Positions 38,534-50,713 of a stretch of 64,000 nucleotides of DNA are shown here, in pieces. The translations under genes were made by a program, and so were the position numbers. The notes beneath the pieces are model-generated. The model saw nothing but the letters and a program-made list of their open reading frames with translations, was not told the DNA's origin and searched no databases. This DNA comes from Dipteris shenzhenensis (Eukaryota), in NCBI GenBank assembly GCA_047967505.1, contig CM106538.1. The stretch is one strand, 5' to 3'. Every line of letters begins with the position of its first letter. Position 1 is the stretch's first letter.

Positions 38534-41500
38534 ACTGGTATCAGAGCCCGGGTGATCTAGCTAAGTGTGTGTGAATGCTTGGAAGCTCAGTAGCTTTGTG
38601 GGAGCAAGAAGAAGCTCTATGGGAAGCTTTGTGGGGGACTTTACTTGCATTCGAGTGTGCAGAGACCTTGGAAGAACCTTTGGAAAAGTCACTTTGGCTT
38701 TGCGAAGTGGTTTTGAGAGCCTGTTAAGTGGTTTCAAAGAAAAAGTCATTTTTTGAGCTTTTTCCTGTTCCGTTCGGTGACAGAGACTCCGTATTGACTT
38801 GTAGAGGCAACTATTGCTTGCTTTTGGTGTCCACTTCACTTCAGGAGCTTGGAAACATCTTCATTCTTGAATCTGGGATCATTTCATTGGATTTCTGACT
38901 CACTGTGTCAGTTCCTACATTTTTCTGCCCGGGTGTTGGAACTCAAGTTTGGAGCAACCATTTGTAGATTTATCAGTTCCGATGGACTCAGGAGGTCCTA
39001 AAACTTCTATGTTGCTCATCATTCGCACTCCAGTGGAGTTTACAAACAGCTCTGTTTCAAAAACCATTTTTTAGCTGTGTGTTAGACCCAGTGATTGAGA
39101 CCACGGTTCTATCCCAATGCGTTTCGGATGCCCAAAAACCCCTACCTATCAGTTCTTATGTGATTCGGTGGAGTATTTTCAGAGTTATAGATCTCTGTGT
39201 ATTCGATTTCATCTCTCTGTTATGCATTTTTCATTCTAAGGTTTTGAAACCTTAGATTTATGCCACATGGTAGTGGATAAGTGTTGACTCCCATTTCTCA
39301 CTCATCGGTTGGGATTTTGGAGTTCCGGCAGAAGAGAGATATTTGTAGATTTTTTTGCTAAGTCCGATTATGCAATGGTGCCCATGTTTTAAGGCATCTC
39401 AGGTTCTATTTTCAGTAGCGGTCAGTACCGTGGGACCATGATTTCTTGAGCATACCTTATGCAGATCACTCTGGTTGCAGTTTGAGCCATGTACGCTCAT
39501 TCGTGGTGTGCATTGGGTTGCAGTGGATGATTTATAGGCCATTTGGATGCATTGCGATCCTTATTGGATGTGCTAATAGGCCAAGATTGCCTTGTGGGAT
39601 GCTATTTTTATGGACACTTTGCACATGAATGCTCTTTTATGCTGAGGGACAGCTTTGACACATTGCAAGTGATGCACTGATAGTGTTATGCTCTCTTGGA
39701 TGAGATATTGTTGATGCATATGCCCATGGACGTTGTTTATGCTTGAGCCATTTGGCACTTATTGGCATTTTGGATTGCCATTGCAGTTGGCATTTTCTTT
39801 TGGGCCAGATTTGCTCATATGGATGCATAGTATATGCACATGAGTCAGATGTTTTGAGACATGAGTTTTGGTGATATTTCACTCTATTGTGGCATACACA
39901 TTTGGGTGCACCTGGTATTTGGTGTGATTCTCTCTTGTAGGCACTAGCATTTGGGATTTTGCTTTATTTGCATTATGGCATCCTCTTCCATGTCTGAAAA
40001 GGAGATTTTCAACATTAAAAAGTTTGATGGGACAAACTTTTCTTTGTGGAAAGAACAGATAAGGGATGTGCTTATTTAAAAGAAGCAGATTAAACCCTTG
40101 GCAGGGATTAAAGCTAAGCCTGCAAATATGTCTGAGGATGATTGGAATGAGTTGGATGCATTAGCAAAGTCTACTATTAGACTTCATCTTGTAGAGTCAG
40201 TTTATTTCACAGTAGTAAATGAGCAGACTATGGAAGATTTGTGGAAGAAACTGTGTGCCCCTTAATAAAAGGAAACTGCCTCTAATAAAGTTTACCTCAT
40301 GAAGAGGTGGTTTGAGCTGCACATGAAGGAAGGGCTCTCCATTGCTTCTCACTTGAATGAATTCAATATTATTTTCAGCCAGCTTCAGGCTCAGAAGATG
40401 AATTTTGATGCGGAGACTAAGGCAATATTTCTCTTATGTTCATTGCCATCCTCATGGGATACCTTACGTATAGCTGTCAGTAACTCTGCACCTAGTGGAG
40501 TACTGAAATTTGATGATGTTGTGGGTAGCTTGTTGGTTGAGGAGATTAGACGGAAGTCTATGGATGGCAACAAGCAGGATGCAGCCTTAAATGTGCAAAG
40601 GGGCAGATCACAGTTCAGGGGGAAGTCCCAAGAAAGAGGGAAGTCTCGTAGCAAATCTAGGGCACGGAACATTGAGTGTTACCACTATGGCAAGAAGGGC
40701 CATATGAAAAAGGATTGCTACAAGTTGAAAAGAGAGCAAAAGGATAAGAAAAAGAATGCAAATTGGGGTGCAAATCAAAAGGAAGAGAGTCCAAGGGAGG
40801 ACAAAGGAAAATTGAAGATCGAGGAGATCAATGCAGTCACACATGATAGTGACAATGACGTTCTCTTCATGTCTAGTTTATCTGCAGAGTTGCTTACCAC
40901 TTCAGATGATGCATATTCCCAGGATTGGATTTTGGATTCTGGTGCTTCATTCCATGTTACTCCCCATAGGGAATGGTTCTCCACTTATGACAATGGAAAG
41001 ACAGGTTGTGTGCATCTTGGAAATGACTATGCATGTGACATAGTCGGAGCAGGTGTGACATAAAGTTTTCTTTTGCAAATGGGTCTACATTTATTTTGAA
41101 ACATGTGAGACATGTGCCTAAGTTGACCAAGAGTCTTATTTCAGTGGGTCAGCTAGATGATGCTGGTTTTCACACCACTTTTGGCTTTTAGAGTTGGAAA
41201 ATTCAGAAGGGCTCTATGCTTTTGGCCAGGGGTGTCAAGTGTGGGACTTTGTATCCCTTACATGTATCAGGGGTATTTGATCATGTTGTTGCAATAACTG
41301 AGCAGCCAAGCACTTCTTTGTGGCATTGCAAGTTGGGGCACATGAGCCAGAATGGAATGAAACTCTTATGCCATTTGGGTTATGTACCGCATTTGAGTTT
41401 CTCTGATTTTGAATTTTGTGAGCACTGTCTCTATGGGAAGCAGACTAAATCAGCCCATAAAAGAAGGGGAAAGAAAAAGTTTGAAAAGCTTGATTTGGTG

Positions 41501-42801
41501 CATTCAGACGTATGTGGTCCCACACCTACACGGTCATTAGGCGGGGCTGAATACTATGTGACATTCATTGAGGATGCAACTAGGAAAGTGTGGGCTTATG
41601 CTATAGCTCGGAAGAATGATGTGTTCCACGTATTTCAGAAATGGCTGGCCTTGGTTGAGAATCAGTTAGGTAGAACGCTTAAATGCCTACGGACTGACAA
41701 TGGTGGAGAGTATCTCTCTCATGACTTTCAACATTTCTGTGATACACGTGGGATTAAGAGGGAGCTCACATCCCCTCGTGCTCCAGAGCAAAATCCAGTT
41801 GCAAAAAAGATGAACCGTACCATTCAAGAAAGGTTGCAATGCATGCTTTCCAATGCAAGTCTTTCTGGTGGTTTTTGGGCTGAGGCAATGAAGACTGCAG
41901 TGCATGTGATCAATAGATCACCTAGTAAGATTTTGGATGGTGGTATTCCTGAAGAGGCATGGAGTGGCAAGAAGCCCTCTTACTCTCATTTGCGTATATT
42001 TGGGTGTGAGGCATATGCACATGTGCCAAAAGAGCTTCGAAGGAAGCTAGATCCTAAGTCTAGGAAATGCATCTTTCTGGGTTATGGTGAAAGTGGAGAG
42101 ATGGGCTATCGTCTCTGGGATCCAGAAGCAAAGAAGATCATACGCAGCCATGATGTAGTCTTCAATGAGAAGAAGATGCATAAGGCACCCATGAGGGATG
42201 TGGAAATGAGGAGAATCACTTTCCAGGATGTGAATGTACCTGCATATGTTGATAGACAGCAAGCTGTCCATGCACCAAATGTGCAAGAAATGGTACCACC
42301 AAATACTCCCACAGGTATACAATCAAGGGTCGATGATGGATCATCTATTGGTGGCAATGATGAGCCAAATGTGGCTGATATGCAGGTGGGACAGCAAGCT
42401 GAAATGCCCTTCAGAAGATCATCTAGAGTGTCTAGACCGCCTGATAGGTTTGTTCTAGGGGTATACTATGTGATGCTTACTGATTGCAGGGAGCCTTCTT
42501 GCTACAGAGAGGCTATGATGAGTAAGGATCAATGCAAGTGGGAGTATGCTATGCAATCAGAGATGAGTTCACTTATGAAGAATAAGACTTGGGACTTGGT
42601 TTCTTTGCCACATGGAAAGAAAGCGTTGCCATGTAAATGGGTCTACAAGATGAAGGTTCATACAGATGATAACCCTGCAGATATGCTGACGAAGAGTCTA
42701 CCTAGTCAGCGGTTTGAGTATTATTGTGTATTGATGGGCATTGGATAGTATGCTCACTGGTTGTTCTCCGTTAAAGGCACATTGTCCTTTAAGTGGGAGG
42801 T

Positions 42802-42972
42802 TGTGGGGGTTAAAGGTCACTGTGCCTTTACCCCGGTTATGTACAATACTCGAACACATATATAAATGAAAGAAAAAGAAGATTAGGGTGGTTTTGCACC
42901 CACCAAAACTTGTGTGGCTCTCTGTTTCTCTTGCTCCCTCTTCCGTTCTTGCTTTTGTTGAGAGCACTCTCA
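42802..42972 (+). repeat. 3' LTR of copia copy 2
   Basis: 171 bp, follows the PPT. Confidence 0.95.
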
Positions 42973-43589
42973 ATGATGGACATATGGAGACAATGCACGA
43001 CGGGCATATGGAGATAGTGTAGACTTGTATATATTGTCAAATTTTTATCTCAAATGATGTAATAGTTTGATGTAAAAGGACAATTTTGTACTCAAAAAAT
43101 GTAAAAAATACAATACAATGGCCACTAGAGTATAATACATACCTTTACAAAAACGCAAATTACAAGCCCTAACTTGCCCTTTAAAAAAATTGACCACAAA
43201 TTTTAACGTTGAAGCACTCTCAAATTTTTGACCAGCATCAATATTACCATCGAAAAATGATTACAAGAGTTGATATTTCCATCAAAATAAGAGTCAAAAA
43301 TATGTTTAGAAAACTTTGAGAAGTGTTGATGTGGCTATCGTTATAAAAGTTTCTATTACAGTCAAAATCTTAAAATATCGATTATAATTTCACTAATATT
43401 ACAATAGTAATACTGATGCTTTCTTTTCGATGCTAATGTATATGTTTTTATCGATGGATTCTAGAGTTAGAAAAAAAATTTCAATGTATTTTTCGTCGAA
43501 AAAACGTCAAATTAGTTGAACTATTGTAGTGTAAAAACACATATTGTGCTAGAAAGAATACCAACATCATGATGAGTACATGTGTCTAT

Positions 43590-43728
43590 TTATACAAAAC
43601 ATCTCATTGCTTCTCTATATTGAGTATATCATAATAAAACTTAAGATAACAATTAAACTTTATACAAAACATCTCATTGCTTCTCTATATTGAGTATATC
43701 ATAATAAAACTTAAGATAACAACTAAAC
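43590..43728. repeat. 69-bp tandem duplication
   Basis: TTATACAAAACATCTCATTGC...TAAGATAACAA occurs twice. Confidence 0.9.
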
Positions 43729-43865
43729 AGAACATAACATGACTTAGGATTAAAAACCCTTCAGATCTTCCCTAGAAAAGCAAAGATTTTCTAACCTTCT
43801 TTATAGATGAAAAAATTATTGTTTTTACATGCATAAAGGAATTCATTCACTTCTTCCTTTTCCCC

Positions 43866-44272
43866 CATGCATGCATTCATAGTTTTTGCATGTCACGCAT
43901 CATGCATGCATCAACAAATGAGATATGTGATGTATTATCAAATCAATATTTTATGCATGTTGATGCATGATTATATGCATATACATATATATTTATTACA
44001 CGTTACATATACACATATAACATTACACTTTACACACATGCATGCGTGCATGCACACATGGACACACACACTCAAACCCACCCACACACATGCATGCATT
44101 TGCATGCACATACATGTACATACACGCATTGCACATTCAAGTACACACACATGTGCGTGCGTACAATTATACATGCATGCACAAGTACATGCACATGCCA
44201 AACATCCACATGCACATGCACTCGTACATGCACACACACATGCACACACATTTGCATATTGTGTTCAAGCAT
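43866..44272. repeat. CA/CATG-rich low-complexity tract
   Basis: Seen directly; source of spurious His/Met/Cys ORFs. Confidence 0.85.
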
Positions 44273-45704
44273 GGCTACAAAAAGGCAAGATTCCATGAAT
44301 GTAGGGTTTTGGATTGCCAAGTTCAAGCTCCATATGACATCATAGGCCATGTTGGTAAGAACAAAGCCAAGGTTTATATTTCAATACGGTATTTGCCTAA
44401 TAGCCAACCCATGTGGTAGTGAGACACATGGTAGTATCCATGTCAATACCTAGAGTAGTGTTACGAAATTGTATTTCTGATATTTCTTACTATGGATATT
44501 ATTTTATTTTTGTGTGTGACTATCGAAAAGTATTCAATAGGAGTGCACCGGATGTAGTGGGGGTCCTAGTAGATACTTTGTGTGGTTTAGTTGGGGATGC
44601 CTAATTGGCTTGTGATTTGCCATACTGGAAGGTTAGTATTGTGGGTGATTCCATGTTAATAGTGATGTCACTAGTGTTATTGGTGTTATGTTTGATTATT
44701 GTTCTTTGAGTGCAATTATATTGGGATTGATTGATTTGATGATTCATTCAATTGGTTGTTAACAACTAGTGTATTTGGCAATTCGAGTACAAGTGATGGA
44801 ACAAATTATGAGGATTGGGATTAGTACGAGGCTATCGATTAAGGTGATGCACGGTGCATAGCATATGGCCATGGCCCAATTGTGTATCTCATTGGTATTG
44901 TAAACGTCGGGCAATATTTGTGATAAAAGACATAAACCATTTTTGGATAAAGCAAGCCCAAAGTTGATTTGTAAAAAGTAAAGAACGTAGATAAAGTAAG
45001 CCCAAATTGGCTTTGTAAAAGTAATCCCCTACTTTGGGAAAAATAACCTTTTGGATGTACTATTATTGGTTCTTTGCCTTTGGAATGTGCAATCATAAAT
45101 ACTCTATATGACGAGCAAGAGTGACCATCTACAAGGGCAAATTGGACCGCATGCCATGTCGCTTCTTCTCTCTCCTTGTTTCCTTTCCTTGATTCATAGT
45201 TTTGATGTTGATAATTTTGTTCGATATGTTCATTTATCAATTATCAATTATCGTAGTGGTATGAAAGCAAGGCTACATTCTTGGTACATAATTCAAATGG
45301 GAGAAGAAAAGGCTGCTAGTCCTATTGGTCATCCTCCTCCTTTTGAATAGGATCTCAATAGCTATGTGCAAACAACTGTAGCAATACTACATGTGCCATC
45401 TTTGATGCTCTCAAGCTTCTGCAACAATAGCATAGAGAGGTCCCTTGTGACGGGGCTAAACAGGCTACCGCCCAGGTAGAGTTCCATACCTGACGTGCTT
45501 CAAAGTCAAGGTGGAGGGAGGTTTTATCTCCAATAGTTCTTTGTTGACAGGGTTCTACCCTCACAGAGTTTAGGATCGAAGAGAAAATGGCCATGTTATG
45601 CGCATTCAGCTTCAATATGCCACAGGTCGCTTTAGAGGGTTGCAGATGGCTTTGGACAGAGAGATTGTACAGAGAATCCCATGTCGATCGACCATTCCTC
45701 GGTG

Positions 45705-46792
45705 CTTGAGGATTTAATTCTCTATGGGCCTGACGTGATTGCTATTTGCTTGCGGTCTACTTCCCTCCAATTTGTTGTTCCTCTAGGCACTTCCAATACA
45801 TTGAACTCTATGAAACAGCTGCCACGACTGGGTACACCCACATCAGCCCTTTGCTTGCTGCCATCAATCCAACATCATTGTGTGTGAGATTACTCTCTGT
45901 ACTCTTGAGCCTTGGCTATAAATTCTTTCTTTGCTCACGAGCAACAGCCTATCTATAACAATCTTCTACAGCCTCTGGGCTCCATGACAGTGCGCAAAAA
46001 TAGTGCACAAAGGAACATTGGGGTAAGTTTTTGCGTGAAGCTATCGTGATAGAGGAGTAGTTTGCAAAACGCTGATTGCAGTTGGCTGATCTAAGGATTA
46101 CTTATTCACGCACCCACAATGACGACAACAATTCTCTATGATTGCACCCACTTGTACATCCAGTAAGAAATACCTCTAAGAGTCTGAGCAAGAGCTTATC
46201 TGTTTATAAAATAGAGCCTCATATAGCTCCATCTGGGAACATGAAAGCATGATCTATCCGTATTGAACTCATCATCAAGGGCTTCATGAATTTGAAGCCT
46301 ACCTTAAATTTCCTACAGTTTGTCCGCATCCGTGTTTGTGGTTTTCTTGTTATCGTTGTTGAATTACGGTTGCTCTCAGAGGTGGCTAGCTGGGTATAGG
46401 ATTCTTTTAGTTTGCTCTAACATCTTAGCATCGGCGGTGTCCTTTATGAGTCTCACAGTAAGTTTCCAAGATGTTGCAGCAGAAATACCACACCATTTCC
46501 AGCGTGGCAAGAGTTTGTTGTAGAGAGCCAACATTTTTAGCAGTGCTAAAGCAGTCTACGTTAGTAGCTGACCATTATCCTTGTTTTAGTTTTCTTGTAC
46601 CATGGATTTAGCATTGCTGCATGCTTGGAATACGTCCCTGCGCCTCTCAATTCTGCTTTAAGAGCCATGGATTAGTTGGTGGAAGCAAGAAAAGGTCCCA
46701 TTGATGCTCGAGATTAAATATATCTGGCAAAGCAACACTCGGAGGGCAGGTAGGCGGTTGTGAGCAGCATTTGCAGGACTTACGAACACTCC
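45705..46792. repeat. Dispersed ~1.1 kb segment, copy B
   Basis: Same orientation as, and colinear with, 33150-34382. Confidence 0.85.
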
Positions 46793-47493
46793 CCAACAAG
46801 CATGCTATCTAAGAAGCCCACGATTGCTCTCACATTAAAAATGGCTCCTTTCTCATCCATAGCGTGCAATTCTACGAAAATTATATTAGAACCAACGCAA
46901 TGCATAGGAAAGATGCAAGCGATAAATTGTGAATCCTAAATCTATAAATTCTCAACTCGATTGGTATCTTATAGTACCTATTGGCCAAATTGGTGTAATA
47001 TGCATTGTCAAGAAGACAAATAAAGCTTTTCCAAGGCAAAAGGGCCCTAAGTGCTATTGCAACCTAACAATAATTCGGTCCACCATTTCTAATTATTACA
47101 TTTTGTACATGCTCTTGTGTGGTATTTGTCCTTTCATATATCTAGATGAATCCAGGAACATGCCCAAATTCATCCTCTAAAAAAACAACACACAGTGCAA
47201 ATTCAATCTCAAGATAGTCACTCATAGGTTTGAAAATATAAACTCCATCACGCTTAGCAAGACTAGCATATACACACATGCAAGCCAAGTATTGAATCTC
47301 CATCGAGGCTTAGAAAATGAGTACTCACCAACACACATCAAAGACAAATTTAGGGGAATATGCATTACTAAGAATTTAAGGGATTCAAACTTTGTCATGT
47401 TGCAAACGATAAATTACACTATTAATTTGCAGATAGACTGAATTAAAAAAAGGACCTAGACAATGCTTAAGGAAAACCCTAATCCTAATGAGC

Positions 47494-47528
<35 letters not shown>

Positions 47529-49119
47529 TTTCAATCCATCTTAGACTTATCATTCAAAACAGTACGTGACAATATAATCTTTACAAGGAGGGTTTTATGA
47601 AAAAAAAAAGCAATTTACTAATTTATAAATACTGAATGATATTGAAGGAGCTCCACTCACTTGCATCCATCCACAAGAAGGACAAGTTAGCACAAGAACC
47701 CTTAATTGTGGGACTGCAGGCTTCAAAGTGCAACTCCACTTGTTATCGATGTCACAATATCATAAGCTATTTTTCATAGTAAATTAAATCAACCTTGGAT
47801 GGTGGTGCATCATGTGGCACCTGAGCACTAGAGTCATAGGTATCCAGATGCTCAATGTATATGGTGGAAGGCTTTCACACTTTCTGAAACACAATTTTAC
47901 AGATTATCCCAAGTAAGGGATCAAAACAAACTACATATCTCCATTTGTCCGGTATCCTCCTTCAAATAATGGACAATATACAATATAATAATCCGCTATG
48001 CCACGCTCATCATATTACACACAGTAATAGGCTCAACTTCCTATGTGGGAGGTCATAGTTGAGTTTCCTCAAAAGTTGTATTTGCCTCCCTACTAAGAAG
48101 GTAGTTGCCTCCTTCTCTATACATATAGAAAGAGACAGAAAATGAAGGCAATATGTAAAAGGCTTGTCCAAGTCCATACCTTTCCATACACTACACACAT
48201 ATGATAGGTCACGTAAGAAAAATATCCCAAGATTTGGTGTTCGGGGGTCAATCCTCTTAGGGATGAATTAGTACAACAAGACAGTAAAAAGTTCTCATGC
48301 ATATACATAAATATCCATGAGAACTTTTTACATAAATAGGCATACCTAAGTGTTCGTCAGTGCTACTTTGGACACTGATTTTGTCAATTATGCAGAAGGT
48401 TACTTGCATTGTGTCCTTAATAGGGATGGATCTTTACGGTGCTTTGATTTCCTCACTAGTTTCCCATAGGGCATTGAGGAAGGAAGCGCCATTATACATA
48501 ATCATTATTAACAAGTTCTTCGGAGAGGTAGGATTAAAATTTTGCTCGTGGACAAGTGTCGTAAGGATAACAAATGAATGCTACAACACTAGTCGATGCA
48601 TAAGGTTTTACCTCCAAGTATGCTTTTCACAGTTCGTGTTCCTAGCTTTGTAATACGAATCATCTAATTGTTGAGTCAACAGGTGGCAATCTCTTAGCTT
48701 CCACTATTGCTCCAACTAGTTTGGTGTAGTAAGAAGGATCATAATCCTGTGTTGCAAATACAAGTCAAGTACGGGACATAAACCTTGTATTAATCTATAT
48801 AACTTATTCGTGATGTACACCCATGTTTTACCAATATTCAAATCTCTACCAGATGTACATCATGAAGAGAAATCATCAAGGTCTAGTATACATCATGAAG
48901 AGAAATCATTAAGGTCTAGTAAAGAGATACTCGCCAACCCAAATCAAGTATATACACGCGTATGTGTGTGTGTGTGTGTTCAGGACGACTGGAGAAATTC
49001 TGATCATTGGATTATTGAGAATTGATTTTGTTTATTGGATCAAAAGACTTGCACAGGGATAGTCGTTTCATTCAATGTACCATTTTGTTTAGACTTCTTT
49101 CAAATTCTAATCTTTCATT

Positions 49120-49735
49120 CAACGCCTCTGAGTTTCATCTTATCAAAGAATTTGAGAGTAACCAAAACATCGCTCCTTGCATTAGAAACAATCACCTTGA
49201 AATGATGAGTCAAGACTCAGACTCCCAAAGGAGATCATGGATAGACAAAGAGCCGTCCTATTAACCAACCCACAGAGATAGAGACAAAGAGAGGGAGTTC
49301 TATAAGCAAATCTGAAGTCATAGACAAAATAAAGGATGCTATGGCGGAATGTGGTAACATTGTATCTTGCGCGGATATTCTTGCATTAGCTGCTCGTGCT
49401 TCTGTCATACTTCTGAGTGCCGTGCCCAAGATTTTTTCTTTTATCGGCTTCTTGGACCATATTTTTATGAGAACCCATTGAATAATCGATTTCAATTTGT
49501 ACTGCACAGGGATTTAGATGGCCTGTCTACCTAGGAATAAATGATACCTTAGCAGCTTACCAGCAATGTGAACTTGCCAAATCTGCATCCTATGATGTTT
49601 AGAGCTGTCAGTCCCCTGGCAAGACTACTCAAGCAACACGATGCAATGCAAAAATTAAAAGCTTCCTCATCGCAGCGGCAACAATTTTGCCTATGACGTT
49701 GAAGGTTTCTTCACAGAGTTGATAGAAATAGAAGA
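49120..49735 (+). pseudogene. Class III (secretory) peroxidase pseudogene fragment
   Basis: About 49314-49414 reads EVIDKIKDAMAECGNIVSCADILALAARASV, containing the diagnostic VSCADILALAAR motif. The flanks are degenerate and the distal-His FHDCF motif is missing. Confidence 0.8.
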
Positions 49736-50713
49736 ACTAGCTTCAAGCGTTTACCATGTGGCTCGCCGTGGGTTTCACACATGCAAGCAACAGCAGTAAA
49801 ATCACATATGTTCCCACTCTAGTCTCATACTCCCTCCTCTCTTCTCCCTAGACTTTAACCTAGCTTCAAAGAGACGCTGTGAGTGTGATCTTAAGCCCTA
49901 TGCTGTTCAAGGCAAGATGAGTTGCCATTTCATAAAACTATTGAAAACTGTAGTCTATTATATTGACCTTATAGAGAAAGTAATGCTTAACATATTGAGC
50001 TTTTGCAGCTCGAAGTACTCCATTCCAAGTTGGGATTTGAAGAGGTGCCTTGTGAGGTTAAAGGTACTCAAATACCTCGTGAGAAGTAACATGTGACCAT
50101 AGAGTACTTCAAAAGGTCACTTGATTTGAAGGCATTGTTGGATTAGGGTTGGTCACGTCCACACCTATAAGCCCCCAAATGACTGCATCAGGGGGGTGGA
50201 CCATAGGACAATACAATTAGGTTTGGGGCTGCCACATGGACAGCAAAAGGGCTGCCATGTGGGCAGCACAAAGAGAGATTCCTGGCAGGCAGATCTGGCA
50301 GAGACATTTCCAGAGGCTGTCCACAGATGGAAGGGGCAGACCTGCGCAGGGTTTGCAGGCAAGAAAGAGGGAGGTGGTGCTGACGTCAGTACCTGTAGGG
50401 GCAGGTACAACAGCATGTACAAGCTGTTTTGGACCAGTCTCTCGGAGGCTGGCAGAGGCCTGGAAGGGTGCGGGACTGAGGCAGGTGGAAGGCAGGAGGA
50501 AGGTTAGATTTGGGCAGGCCTGCCTAGGGCCAGTGGCAGCCTGCCACATGGCCAGGCAGGGCCAGTCAACCCCCAAGAAAAGTGCCCCACCAGGGGAGCA
50601 GCAAAAGTCGAGTGACGGGGCTGATTGGGTTGGCCAATCCCCCCCTACCAGTCAACGGCTTTGCCCCTCTATAAGGGGACCCTTGGGGCCCCCATAATCA
50701 TGCCCTGGAGCAG

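Larger units (their letters stand above)
38363..42972 (+). mobile_element. Ty1/copia copy 2, both LTRs, RT/RNase H deleted (non-autonomous)
   Basis: LTRs at 38363-38533 and 42802-42972, PBS at 38536-38547, PPT AAGTGGGAGG at 42791-42800. Gag, protease and integrase ORFs are present. Flanked by ATGATG on both sides. Confidence 0.96.
37500..43531 (+). mobile_element. Probable CACTA (En/Spm) remnant interrupted by copia copy 2
   Basis: The right end ...CTATTGTAGTG at 43531 is CACTACAATAG on the minus strand. TnpA-like fragments (DWKIVKK, KVGQSHLG followed by a GTAAGT donor near 37943) lie upstream. The left end was not found. Confidence 0.4.

Noticed and set aside
50160-50700. GC-rich ORF cluster as a gene
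   Set aside because: Overlapping ORFs on both strands with no recognisable motif; more likely an LTR-like fragment. 51975-52835 looks similar and its ends could not be defined.
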